Source: Phoronis australis (lineage: Eukaryota > Animalia > Phoronida). From it: DNA of 64,000 nt. Below are positions 1-11,274 of this stretch, one piece after another. The stretch lies in NCBI GenBank assembly GCA_002633005.1, contig NMRA01000023.1, positions 50,738 to 114,737 on the forward strand, given 5' to 3'. How positions within the stretch are numbered: position 1 is the first letter of the stretch; each line of letters begins with the position of its first letter. Made by a program: the position numbers and the translations under genes. The notes under the pieces were generated by a model. It was not told where the DNA came from. It did no database searches and saw only the letters and a program-made list of their open reading frames with translations.

Positions 1-26
1 AACGCTAAAATCCTAAACAAACCTAC

Positions 27-147
27 CGGTTTATGAGCTATGAACAGGCTTGTAAGGGCCTTTTTGAGCATGGAGACTTCATCGTGTTCCTTGGGGTGAA
101 CATGGACGAACTCAATCAGACCAACAGGTGTCAGATCAAACAGGAAC
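27..147 (-). CDS. Exon 4 of the LLTP-like gene (gene continues beyond the window start)
   Basis: Acceptor ataatccAG, donor CCG|GTAGGT, 121 nt, phase 2 to 0. FLFDLTPVGLIEFVHVHPKEHDEVSMLKKALTSLF matches the LLT/MTP-type pattern F-x-F...G-x-I..V....E....KK(G/A)xxSLF. Confidence 0.8.
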
Positions 148-625
148 CTGGATTATCGAGAAAATGGTTAAATCAAACATGTTCAGCAAATACACTGAGC
201 ATCAATGGACTTGTTGCAACATTTAATGTCATCAAAACGAACTGAAGGAAAAGATGTGAGTTCAGAAAGTTCACATTTCCATAATGTTGAATTCCAGTCC
301 AAGAAATGAGAATTCCCGTCATGCATTTAAAGATACTCCTTCCGCACCGTTTTTTGTTAAAATGGAATTTAACGCAAACTATATCAGTCATGTCCTTAGC
401 CCATATCACTATAGCTCATTCAACTGGACAAATATTCAGTATGAGTTATTTAGTTTAATTTAATATTTTAGTCACAACTTTCAGCAAACAAACTTAACCT
501 ATGTTCTAAATTGATGAGTGTAAATGAGAGGTTATCTTGAATTACGATGATTGTCAAGGCTCAAGAGAAAATTTTTGTTAAAATTAATTTACGATTCAAG
601 ATAAGTCTCTTGGCAAATAACTTAC

Positions 626-662
626 GGCTTGGTTAGGTCCCATTTCTCGGGGTTCGTAGTGA
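626..662 (-). CDS. Exon 3 of the LLTP-like gene
   Basis: Pyrimidine-rich acceptor ending tttcAG, donor GTAAGT, 37 nt, phase 1 to 2, (V)TTNPEKWDLTK(P). Bridges the phases of exons 2 and 4 exactly. Confidence 0.75.
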
Positions 663-1281
663 CTGAAAAATATAGTTTGAAGACGATTAGGAGATGAAAA
701 CCATTTATCTACACAGCATAGGCCGAAACTATTCAATGCAAGGATGTTTACTCTTGGCACATACGTCATAGTATGAGATGTCTGTGGCTCTTGGTTTACA
801 TGAAATTGGGAAGGTGAGCGTAATCTATACACACACATACATTTCTTCAATTGCAAGGTTCGTCACTGGTTGAGACTATGCTAGGCGCATAAATGACCTA
901 CGTGACAAGCCCACCTGTAGAGTCTGGTCTCCAACCACAGCAAATTGTTTTACCGAGGAATATTTTGAGACTAATTTCACCACATTACATGATCCGAGCA
1001 CAAACATCGTTTTCCTGACAGGAGTCCGGTAGCCGCTTTGAGTCAAGTGAAAGTTTTTGAATACTTGATTTTTTTGTCATTTTTATCGATTTTGAATTGT
1101 TTGTAAATATTGGTAGAGAACGTGCAAGAACACAGGGCCTTGGGGAGTTTTTGTACCCGATCATAATAAGTTTTGATTAATAGCATACAAGTATGTAATG
1201 TAATATACAAAAAATCCGTTCACCTCAAACTGTTGCATGTTTGTTTTTATCTTCAATTCACAAACATATCTAGTCCAAACA

Positions 1282-1370
1282 ATTACAACTGTGAAAACAA
1301 AACCATTACAACTATGAAGCCAAAACCATTACAACTATGAAAACAAAACTATTACAACTATGTAAATAAA
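1282..1370. repeat. 23-bp tandem repeat (caaaaccattacaactatgaaaa), about 4 copies
   Basis: Directly visible periodic attacaactatg. Confidence 0.8.
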
Positions 1371-1382
1371 ACAACAACAATG

Positions 1383-1523
1383 GATCAACTGAAATTTTCA
1401 GATGTAATAACGTCCTTTGTCAACAGAAACAGAAATAAAGAATTGTCATATAGTGTTTGATTTTACTTTATTTCTGTTTCTGTTGACAAAGGACGTTATT
1501 ACATCCGAAAATTTCAGTTGATC
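1383..1523. repeat. Near-perfect inverted repeat: 58-bp arms with 1 mismatch, 25-bp spacer
   Basis: 1383-1440 is the reverse complement of 1466-1523. Confidence 0.9.
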
Positions 1524-2126
1524 TAATCCAGACCTGTTGTTTTATTTACCTATTTATATTCTGCCTTTCGTGAAACAATAGTATCCTTGGTAGGATCTGC
1601 ATCACCTTATTTAGTTTCAGATTTATTTTCTACGTTAACTATGTAAACAAATGTACTAGAAAAATTACTCATGGGTTTCCATTACAACTGCCCAACGATT
1701 AATCGCTATTTCAGACCACCCATTTTCAGAGGCCTGATATCAATCTTTCTTTAGTTAGTCGCCAAGCTCAGTCTTTTGTCCGCTGTCACGGCGCAAACTC
1801 TAATTATCCACCACACGCTGATTTGATACGTTCATGTAAACATGCATTCAATCAACAGTTGTCAAGAAATAAAAATCCGCATCAGCAATTTGGCCAATTT
1901 TTCATATTTTTTCCGGGAAAAAAGGATTCTACGCTCATATTCTTCACGAGGAATTCAATTTCAGAAGCAAAACACGCTAAAAATTGGCAGTTTCTGTTCT
2001 CAACATTTCAATTTATTTCAGTCAGTATTTTATCGCTGATGAGATATTTGCCCTATATGAACACAATAGATGCATCGATCAGAAATCGTGATGTCCTGAT
2101 TCATTATCTATTAGCTTTACTCTTAC

Positions 2127-2226
2127 CAATGTCTTTCCCGGTCAAAATCTGTGACACACTGTCTATGAACAGTGAATATGACGTGCCGCTAACATCGTCA
2201 ATCTTCTCATGGTGGCGAATTCGTAA
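2127..2226 (-). CDS. Exon 2 of the LLTP-like gene
   Basis: Acceptor tattccAG, donor G|GTAAGA, 100 nt, phase 0 to 1, open frame LRIRHHEKIDDVSGTSYSLFIDSVSQILTGKDI. Confidence 0.75.
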
Positions 2227-2439
2227 CTGGAATACATCATGATAGACTTAGAGCTTTGAAACTTGGAAAGCAAAGAAGTAAAGTACTTAAATTAAAAATT
2301 AAGTTTCATTTATGATTTGCCGTCGGAGTTTCTTGACATCGGAGCCATATCCAAGCGCTCGTAAATACCTGAGAGTGTGCATAACTCTGTGTAGGGCTAA
2401 TATTATGAATAACATTAGAAATTTTTAGTAAGAATAAAT

Positions 2440-3209
2440 GCCATATCATCCAATCTGGTGTAACGTCAATAGGAAAATTTGCAGAGAAACTTTATTTTAG
2501 AATAATTCGTATTAACAGATATTTGTTAAATCTCACATCTATTGGACAAGGGAAGGTTATTGTTGTCGTTTGTTGGTTTTTGTAAAAAGTTCAATTTTAG
2601 ACTTAGGAGCTATTTGTTGTAAACAGGAAATTTTAAAGAGAGGCACTGATTTTCTGAGCACCATTCATGCCAACTTTTGTAGTAAAATTATTGACAAATA
2701 AAAAGGGACAAAACGCAGATACAATAGTTTTGTCCTTCGTAAATAATTTAGACTTAGGTCTGAGGTGAAATGGCCGACGTGCCTTGCTATACTTGGTACT
2801 TCTGGTTGGTGAGAGCAATGCCTACCACGAGAACTTTACAACACAAACACAAAACAGATTTAATACATATAATAACATCGAACAGAAATTTCCAAAACAT
2901 TGAATACACTAGTAATGAACATTGAACACATATAATCTTACGAAACATAAATGTTGATAACATTGAATTTTGCAAAAAAAACACGGTATACTGGCTTCCG
3001 AATAGCTCAACAGGTGTAATAGACCAGTGTAAAACATTATTTTATACCTTTGCAAGTTCAACTTATATAAGCAACGTCTCAGAGGCAAACCTCGAAATTT
3101 AGTTATAGTGCGAAAAAATACATCTGTGCGACTGTTCCAAAAAATACATTCAGAATTGGACAAGTTTACAAATAGATGGTCAATGATGAAGGATTTGATA
3201 ACAATGTAA
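2440..3209 (+). mobile_element. Decayed L1/Tx1-clade LINE, ORF2 C-terminal remnant
   Basis: Frameshifted pieces PIWCNVNRKI, SEVKW, LCKFNLYKQRL and LDKFTNRWSMMKDLITM*. The LCKFNLYKQRL block resembles LAKFHLHRQRL of the LINE at 7081-8340. Confidence 0.55.
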
Positions 3210-3296
3210 AGCAAACAGTTTTTGCATCATTGTTCCCTGTCTTCGTCAGAAAATGTTTAGCACAATTCTAGATACCCTTTTCAAATGTTTTGTTTA

Positions 3297-4596
3297 TCAA
3301 AGCTCAGCAAGGGAGCTGTCAGGAGGGACATCAGCAGGCACCTCTAACTCCATGAAGTCACCGGGCCACAGGGTGACAGCAGTGGAGGTCCGGAGGGTGC
3401 GGGTGCTAGTGAGCCGCACAACTGACTTTTCGACTGGACGAGGTTCGTAATGGATGAACTCGTGGTCTTGTATGACTATGAGGTACTTGCTTGGTCTTAC
3501 AGCGATGTCGTTCAATGTCATAAATGGTATCCCTGCAAGGATATCAACATCAAGAGTGTCGATGACAAGGGCATCTAACTGGAGTCGGATGTCACCTCGA
3601 ACCAACGTAGAGTGAGTTTCACCAATTGAAGAGAGGGGGTGACACCATCGGCCTGGAAGCACCGTTGAGAAGTTGTGGTTATGGGTACACAAATACGCTT
3701 GGCAACAGAAGACTTGATCATATTGGTCTCTCCACTCATGTCGACGGTAATAGACAAGGGGTGATGGCGATAAAAGGCGGAGAAGACTGGAGATAATCCT
3801 GTGCCAACGCTACAGATAGTGGGGTGCACAGTTGAGGGTGAACCTGCAAAGCCGGCGTAGGAAGTTGGTTGGTGATCGAACTGCTCATCGCTGTCTGAGT
3901 CATGGGTGGCTTCATCCGTACTTGTAGTCAATCGCAGCTTGGAGAAGTAAATGCGGTCTTCTGGGGGGAGAAAGTTGCACTTGCTCAAAAAATGATCAGA
4001 AGGTCTATTTGACGTTTTACACAGGGGACACTGACGTTTCGGTTTTGTCGTCGAACGGCGAGGGGGTAAACTGGAGTGGGAAGCACGGAGGACTCGAATC
4101 TCGGCTGTTGACTAGTTTGTCAAGCATCGATGGAAGTGCTTGGGAAATTCCGGGACGCAGTGAGGCAAGCGTCTTTGATCGCAACTCGGTGCCGTATCGT
4201 CGTTTGACGAAGGCAGGGAGACCTGGATGCACCAGTCGCAGCCAGTGAGTACGACCAGATTTTCTAATGTGGGTGACATATCTTCATCAGCAGTCACTAA
4301 TTCTCCGTGATGGGTGACATGACCGCCAGCTTTTAGCAAATTGTCGTCAATAAAAGCCATTCGTCTCTAATATAGATCTTCAGGTCGCTCAGGCGGGTCG
4401 TCCGAGAAGCCTCTTGTGGGGTGGTTCTTCTTTTCCCAGGTGAAGTTTTCCACCAGGAACAACACAAAATTGGCATCGAGGACAAAATGTAAAGTAAATT
4501 TTGTCGCCAGGCCTCAAAGCTGATTATGGTTTCAGTTTTCGTGAGGCTCCACTGTTTCGGAGCTCGTGTAGACATGGTTCTAACCGCTGCTGCCAT
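3297..4596 (-). mobile_element. Ty3/Gypsy gag-protease remnant (RAPKQW-type gag), frameshifted and truncated before RT
   Basis: [27 protein letters not shown]; [26 protein letters not shown]; zinc-knuckle remnant HFLSKC; aspartic-protease-like ITVDMSGETNMI...DILAGIPFMTLNDI. A Leu-tRNA-like PBS (TGGCAGCAGCGGT, about 4583-4595) lies just before the gag ATG. Confidence 0.85.
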
Positions 4597-4715
4597 GCCA
4601 GTAACTTAGTAAGAGAATAGAAGGCCAGTCTTGTCTTGTCTTGTAATTCCCAGCAATTGTTTGGCGCAGCACCATCTAAGTGACGTAGTAACCTAGGGGT
4701 AGACGTCCATATAAT

Positions 4716-5262
4716 TGTAGTAATAGCCGAGATTACCCGACTCGAGAATCGAACCAGCGACCCCTATAAAACCGGCAAGCGTGCTAACCATTCAGCTAAT
4801 AGGCAATTGCCCGTTAGCGAGTAGCTAACAGAGGCTCATATAATTCACTGGAAGCACATATACAACATTCCCCCCTTCCCTACGGAACGGGCACGTGACC
4901 AGGAAGGTGAACACCAGGATGTCTCGCATACAGTTCATCAACGTCCCTTGGTACCTTTACCACCACAACACAGGTGAACAGAAGGTAGTCTCTCATACAG
5001 GTCCTTGACTCCTGGAACCTTCCACGCATGCCGTCCCGAGGTCCATGGGTACTAGTTGGCAGTGCTTCATCGGTACGACGGTAGATCATCCGTTTGCCAA
5101 CTACGCCATTTGTAGTAATAGCCGAGATTACCCGACCCGGGGATCGAACCAGCGACCCCCATAAAACCGGCAAGCGTGCTAACCATTCAGCTAATAGGCA
5201 ATTGCCCGTTAGTGAGTAGCTAACAGACGCTCATATAATTCACCGGATGCACATCTACAACA
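4716..5262 (-). mobile_element. Complete non-autonomous TRIM LTR element (547 bp) with tRNA-derived LTRs (Helenus/TRIMp3-like)
   Basis: Two 152-bp direct repeats (4716-4867 and 5111-5262, TG...CA, 9 mismatches). PBS TGGCGTAGTTGGCA (5095-5108, Ser-tRNA-like), PPT GGGAAGGGGGGAA (4868-4880), 4-bp TSD TAAT (4712-4715 and 5263-5266). Confidence 0.9.
5129..5200 (-). promoter_or_regulatory. tRNA-like Pol III internal promoter in the 5' LTR (second copy about 4734-4805)
   Basis: A-box TAGCTGAATGG (5183-5193) and B-box GGTTCGATCCC (5140-5150) at tRNA-like spacing. Confidence 0.8.
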
Positions 5263-5777
5263 TAATTAAACGACCTGATCTCCAGCAATGGTCACATCAC
5301 AGATGAGTGGAGCACATACGAGCAGATGTCTGTGGACAATTGTGATACACAGAATGGAGGATTTCGGAGCACAATAAATTAAGGATCCGCTTCCGGGTCA
5401 CTGGGGACAGTTCACAGCATTAATATGGCACAGGTGCATTAATAATGACACGAAGCACAAAGCAAGTCACTGATCCATCCAGTAATGTATAAGCATATAC
5501 ACTCTATATATTTGTACCTGAAGCAGGCCATACAGTAAGGCCGGAAGAGGAAGACAGACCCCTTACGGCAATGAAATAAACTAACTGAGGAACTCGGTGG
5601 CGCTGACTGTATAATAAGGCGAGGGAATCCCAGACCTTTGCTCATCTGACCCTGGGTAAATCCGATCGCCAGGACTCGGTCACGTCCCACGTCCCTGGCA
5701 CTATAACTGCTTTAGTTGTCAACCTAGAATCATATCTTAGCATCTCCGTATTCCCAAAACGGGCAGACATTGTTCTG

Positions 5778-5940
5778 CGAGGCGGATTCAGGATTTTGAG
5801 TTGCCGGGGCGGCCGTGCAGGGCAGAGTATTAGCCATGATTTTGCCTATCAGACATTAGCAACTCCGAACTGCCAAACAGAATCTGCCGGGAGAAATTTA
5901 GGGCCCCTTGCCCCCCCCCCCCCAAAAAAATCCGCAACTG
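5778..5940. mobile_element. Degenerate GC-ended MITE (GGCGGATTC...AATCCGCAACTG)
   Basis: Imperfect TIRs like those of the element at 13738-14084 and a subterminal poly-C tract. TSD not recovered. Confidence 0.5.
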
Positions 5941-6942
5941 AATCTTCTTCAACGTTTGAGTTCTTGCCTACTTAATTCCCATCTCGGTTACCCGTTCATT
6001 GACGTCTTCAAGATTTAGACACCCGGCGGTTCCGTGTTTTTGGGACACAAAAATTATTATGAATACACCGGTGATTTGTTTCAAGATTGAATGTTTTTTA
6101 AGTTGTTTTTCTGGTCGCTTGGAGAGTCTGAAGAACATAATCATTCAATATTGTGTCAGATTTTGTTCAGTGCCTGATCAAACAAATTAGGGAACAATGA
6201 ATGTAAGTATTTATCATTAAATAAGAGGGATTCAATGACTACGTCATACATTGTGTTATTTACCATTTAATAAGAGGGTCTCAATAACTACGTTGTCCAT
6301 TGTGTTATTTTATTATTGAGTAGGAATATACGCACAAAAATAAACCTGGGCTGGGTTGCATAAAACTTCAAAATTATCCGCTGCATAAGTTTGATTGTTG
6401 CGTGACGTCGGGTGTATTGTTCAACAATACTGAACAACGTGAAGCGTGATAATGCGACGTCATTGTTGCTATACCGCGTATACCTTTTATGCAACTGAGT
6501 CTTTCAGATAATAAATAGCGCTTTCCGTTTAAGACAATTCAAGCATATGGGCACTGCACTGACCGGTCTTCAGTGCAGGCTGTAGTTCTGAATGCAGCTG
6601 AGACCCCGGTGACCCAGCTAGCACTCATATTGTAGACTGTTAATTCCTGAAGTTTCAATTGTACTGATTTATTGTAACTTGATCTGCAGACAGCATTAGT
6701 GTCTTCGCCACACACACATGTTGCCAGTTAATAGCCTGGGTGTCTATCAAAGAGTTTTTATGTTCGATCAGGGTAAGCGTGTGCAATCATATATACTCGT
6801 ACAGTCTATGGTGCAATGAGATAAACTAGCCGTTACCTGTGCTTTCGCACGTTCAACCAAGCCCATGAATAGTGCCGGTGCCATCAAACCTGATGAGCCG
6901 AGGACTTCACTGGATACTCTGAGGTAAACAGTACACGCTTTC

Positions 6943-8410
6943 CATGCGCGCACCCGCCTAGAGGGGCTTGGGGGAGGAGCTCGAACTAGCCCCCCCTTGG
7001 GCGGAGTGGGCAACTAGGTCCGCCTCAGAAAAACAAAATCTCCGAAAAAAGTAGAAATCGAGACGAAAGTCCACTAAAAAGACATTTATTAATTCAACCA
7101 ACCATTACATACTTGTGCAGCAATATGAAAACTAGTTAAGTGTACATCAAACAAATTTCGAACATTACCGAACCCTATAAAAAGCTAGTTAGGCAAAAAT
7201 GAAGACCACCTTGCCTGAAATCTCCCAGGATCCAATTTATCATTGCAAATAATTTTTCCAGGTTGTGGTAATCACATACCTCACGTAAAAATGACTGAAA
7301 ATTAGGCTTAGCCTTTTGCAGTCTTTGCCTATGTAAGTGAAATTTCGCTAAGCAAAGAATTAAATTTACAACTTCTAATCTACAGACTAGATCTCCAAAC
7401 AAGGCGGAAGACATATTTAACTGCAGAGGGAAATCGCACTGATATATCATCCATGTTTTTAAACATCCCCAAAACTTCTGAACAAGTGAACACTCCCGAT
7501 ACAAATGTAGAATCGTTTCTTCTTGTTGCCCACAGAAAGAACATAAAGACGATTCACTAACACCTATTTTCTTTAAATATGAGTTTGTACCAATAAGTCT
7601 GTGGTTGATACGGAATTGAAATCATCTGAGTCTGACATCAGAAGTACAATGATAAATTACAGAATGAATTTTTTCGAAGACTGAGTATCATCGCATAAGT
7701 TAATTTCTCTCCCCCACTTCAATTCCGCGACAGGTTTTTCATACAATTTGGAAATGAATAATTCATACATTTTCCCCGTCCCTTTATTTTTCGAGGAGAT
7801 TCGAAAAATAGGTTCTGGAAAAAGTGGAGTGACTATAGTACTCTTGTCTCTTGGGTGATTCTAAGAACTAAGTTTTGAACTTCGAATTCCATAAAAATGA
7901 GTAATGCAAGGACAAAATTGAAAACGAGAACAAAAGGTATGATAATCATAAAGATATTCTTTATCAGGGTCAATTAAATCGTATACGTACCGTACACCAC
8001 TCATTCCAAAAAGTTGGACTACTGTCTATACAAATTTTGGGGTTACACCACAAAGGGTGGTACAAAGGGTCATCTATCTCACAAAGATTGATGAATTCGT
8101 ATAAGATATAAAAAATATCATTCCAAAAATATTCTTAGTACTGTTAGCTGCTTCAAGGAAAAAACAAGAGCCTAACTGAAAAGAGTCATTTTTTATATTA
8201 GGAATAATTTCACATAAAATATTTAGCCAAGGAGAAGTATTATTATAATAATTTTTGAAGAATCTTCGAATCCAAGTCAGTTTAATAACTTTGACAAATG
8301 ACGCAATATGGACCATATTCCCATCTCCATCTACTCCGTGAATTTTAGTAAAAGGTCCACATTCTCGAAAATTCGAGCCCCCTCATTTTTTTAGGCTGGG
8401 TGCGCTTATG
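6943..8410 (-). mobile_element. MITE of the CATGCGCGCACCCAG-TIR family, split by a LINE insertion (halves 6943-7080 and about 8341-8410)
   Basis: Both halves match the reverse complement of the ends of the intact copy at 10265-10506. 5-bp TSD CTTTC on both outer flanks. Confidence 0.8.
7081..8340 (-). mobile_element. 5'-truncated L1/Tx1-clade LINE (ORF2 C-terminus with zf-RVT)
   Basis: IKLTWIRRF; FQFRINHRLIGTN; CSFCGQQEETILHLYRECSLVQKFW; LAKFHLHRQRL. AATAAA at the 3' end; multiple stops and frameshifts. Confidence 0.85.
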
Positions 8411-8935
8411 CTTTCTCGCCCACTTGCGTGCAAATCCTGGTGGCCTAAGATTTGCCCAATAATGTGACCAACTAAAAGAGGGTTTTCAAAAATTTGTTCG
8501 ATGCTGATTTCGTAGAGTTCCATGCATATTTGACAGTAGAAAATTCTGAGCAAACCGATTTTTAAAGTCCAACCTCTATGTTCTATTACAGTGAGTGGTG
8601 ATCGAGGAACACTCAAGGGCCTGTGGATAGTCAGCAAAATTTTAACTTCAAAGTAGACTATTTAAAAATTGAGTGAGGGTGTGAAAAAAAAGGACACCAC
8701 AGAACAATTTCTATTCGTCTTGCAAACACGCCGATGCTTAAATTACAATTGAAGGAATTCTAGTGGTTGGTACCGCTACATCAGACTAGTAACTACAGAA
8801 ATAGACGCAGTACAGGCTTGTAGAAAATTACGGCGCCGTGGTGGACTGAGAAATTTTCAAAAATTTTGTTGTTTGGAAAGTTGGGAAATTTTGCGATTCT
8901 TATTTTTTATATGAACGTGGAGACAAATCACCTAC

Positions 8936-9103
8936 CTTAATAATATGAGTTACGTTCTGCGCCCCGAGGATGTCCGAATCCGATTTGTACATGTAGTGAT
9001 AATCTATCCCGGGTAAAAACCTCACGTTAAACGACGATATGTGACCACATTCTGCACCAGAAAGTAGCCAATATGTCGCGCAGATTACGACCATCAAATT
9101 CAT
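8936..9103 (-). CDS. Exon 1 of a secreted vitellogenin-N / large lipid transfer protein (LLTP)-like gene: signal peptide plus start of the beta domain
   Basis: Translates as MNLMVVICATYWLLSGAECG-HISSFNVRFLPGIDYHYMYKSDSDILGAQNVTHIIK: a hydrophobic leader followed by an F-x-P-G-x-x-Y-x-Y-x-Y motif typical of LLT domain starts. Ends at donor AAG|GTAGGT in phase 0 (168 nt). Confidence 0.8.
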
Positions 9104-10046
9104 GACGAACTGACGGCCGAAGCAAACGTCTGAGATAGCAATATTCTCAGTTATGTTTTTTGCTGTCAGATATTGCTGCTCACCGACGCGTCACTTCAAA
9201 CTATGACTACCTCCCCTAAAAGGCATTATAATATACTGTATACGTTTGGTTGCTTCCGTCTTACAATAGAACCGTACAATACTAAACAATGACGCACTTT
9301 GCATAAATGGTCTAGAAAAGAATCAAACTTTCTCAAGATGCATATTTTTTCAGTCAAACGAAGACTGTAATAAACACTACTGATTTGTGATGTGTTTAGT
9401 TCATGAATCTTTACTATAGTAACTATGTGAGTACAAACTGCAATTTAATCGTTCGTCATTTGATATGCAACAAGTGTGTGTCAAGGTTTTCCGTGTCTAT
9501 GATTGGCTCTAAACCATTTCAAACAGTGTAAAAAGGCTCAAAGGTTTTTGTAACGAGATTATTGAACTAACGCATGCAATTGCAAAATCAACATTAATTG
9601 TGTACAAAGGCCTTCATTCGTTCATCTACGCAGCTATTTTCTCTCTGAAAACACGATGGAGTTTAAAATATTAAAGGGATACCAAATCCGGTTTTGGCTT
9701 CTACAGCGAGATTCGCCACTGCAAACGCAATGCATCATTTTCATTTTATTTTATTTAGCTTACACACATTTATTACAAACAAAATGGCGACTCATAAGTA
9801 AAAATGAGACACCAAACTAAATAAACAAGATAAGAAATTGGTAATACATGAAAAAGTGTGCTCGATCATAAAATAAAATCAGAATACAAAAACTTGCTTC
9901 GACGGTAAACTCTTACAATGTCGGGAAAAATGATTGGAGGACAGGTAGAACATAGACGTTTCTAGAACACAGAGATCTGTCTAAGGTTTTGTAAGACCCT
10001 AGAAAACTATTCAAATTTGACTAACTTTAGAACATCATATCTCAGA

Positions 10047-10159
10047 AATGGCTCATCGCGTTCCTATGAATGGCTCATCGTGTTCCTATGAATGGCTCAT
10101 CGTGTTCCTATGAATGGCTCATCGTGTTCCTATGAACGGCTCATCGTGTTCCTATGAAT
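10047..10159. repeat. 22-bp tandem repeat (aatggctcatcgtgttcctatg), 5 copies
   Basis: Copies start at 10047, 10069, 10091, 10113 and 10135. Confidence 0.95.
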
Positions 10160-10264
10160 CTTTCACATACCATGCATTATGCGCTGATTTCCACAACTCT
10201 TACAGGAATGGTTTTTGAAATGATCCACCCACTTAATCGACTTGCACGCGGCTTTAAATTGAGA

Positions 10265-10506
10265 CATGCGCGCACCCAGCCTTCAATATGGGGGGCTCGA
10301 ATTTCTAACGTTGTGTATCTTTTGGTAACAAAAAAGCATGTGGACTAAAGAAAAAACGGGGCACCACTGTGAATTGCGCGACTGTGCTTATTTAGAGGAC
10401 TTTTGTCTCATTTTCTCGGACGTTTCGTTTCTCAGAGGCGGACCTTTTTGCCCAGTTCGTCAAATGGGGGGGGGGACTAGTTCGAGCCCAACTGGGTGCG
10501 CGCATG
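10265..10506. mobile_element. Intact 242-bp MITE with 15-bp perfect TIR CATGCGCGCACCCAG and 5-bp TSD TGAGA
   Basis: TIRs and flanking duplication read directly. Confidence 0.85.
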
Positions 10507-11274
10507 TGAGAATTGATAAAAGATTTTGTATTCGTATATACATCCGATACATTCAATATTGTATCAGATGCTATGTTTCTTACACAAGTACACTCTCACA
10601 CACACACTCAGGGGCTCCATCTATAAATTAGAATATTCGCAACTTTTGTAGAATAAGTTTTTGCAACACTCAAAATTTTTCTTTTAAGTGTCGGACACAA
10701 GGCTCAAGACTCGTTATTCTCCGGTGATGTAAATGATATTTACCAAGAATTAATGTTAAATTAAGTTCATGTGATTCTGAAAACTTGCCAAAGATTAAAT
10801 CCGGGCATGAGGAATTTGTGGATAAATTCGCTATTTATTTACTAACATACCAAAATGGACGTACAAATTCATAAGGCCAGTGCAGACGGACAATATTCTC
10901 TAGTTCTTTTCAACACACAATTGTACGTTGCAAGTATCAGAGCCTTAAACTGTGTGTAAAAGGAATTTAAAACTATTTCAATTTTGTATTAATGATGAAA
11001 TTTATGAAGCAGTTATGTGCTTTTTTACACATTCATCAGTCAGCTGCCATGTTTTACCCAGTAGATGGATGGGCGCAGGTTGTCACTGTGCTAATAGCGA
11101 TGATAGACTGAAGACTGGGTCGAGTTAACTTTATTAATCTCCACTCAAACAAAACGACCAACGTAATGTTTGTTCTATACTACAGCCAGTGCTGCGAAGC
11201 CTTGACTTGTAGTGAACTTCTGAGACACGTTCAGCAACTGTTACACTCGTCGAGCTGACACTCCTTTAACTAAC

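Noticed and set aside
33-245. Plus-strand ORF with FLGVNMDE, resembling a retroelement RT C-terminal motif
   Set aside because: It is antisense to host exon 4, which has proper splice sites and a better family motif.
4880-5173. 97-aa ORF inside the TRIM
   Set aside because: Starts at a non-ATG codon inside the LTR, crosses the PBS and has no recognisable domain.
4734-5200. Two bona fide tRNA genes
   Set aside because: A and B boxes are present, but I cannot form a convincing anticodon arm, and both lie inside paired LTRs.
9195-9240. TATA box and initiator for the LLTP-like gene
   Set aside because: TATATTATAA about 125 bp upstream of the ATG is plausible but not distinguishable from chance in AT-rich DNA without TSS data.
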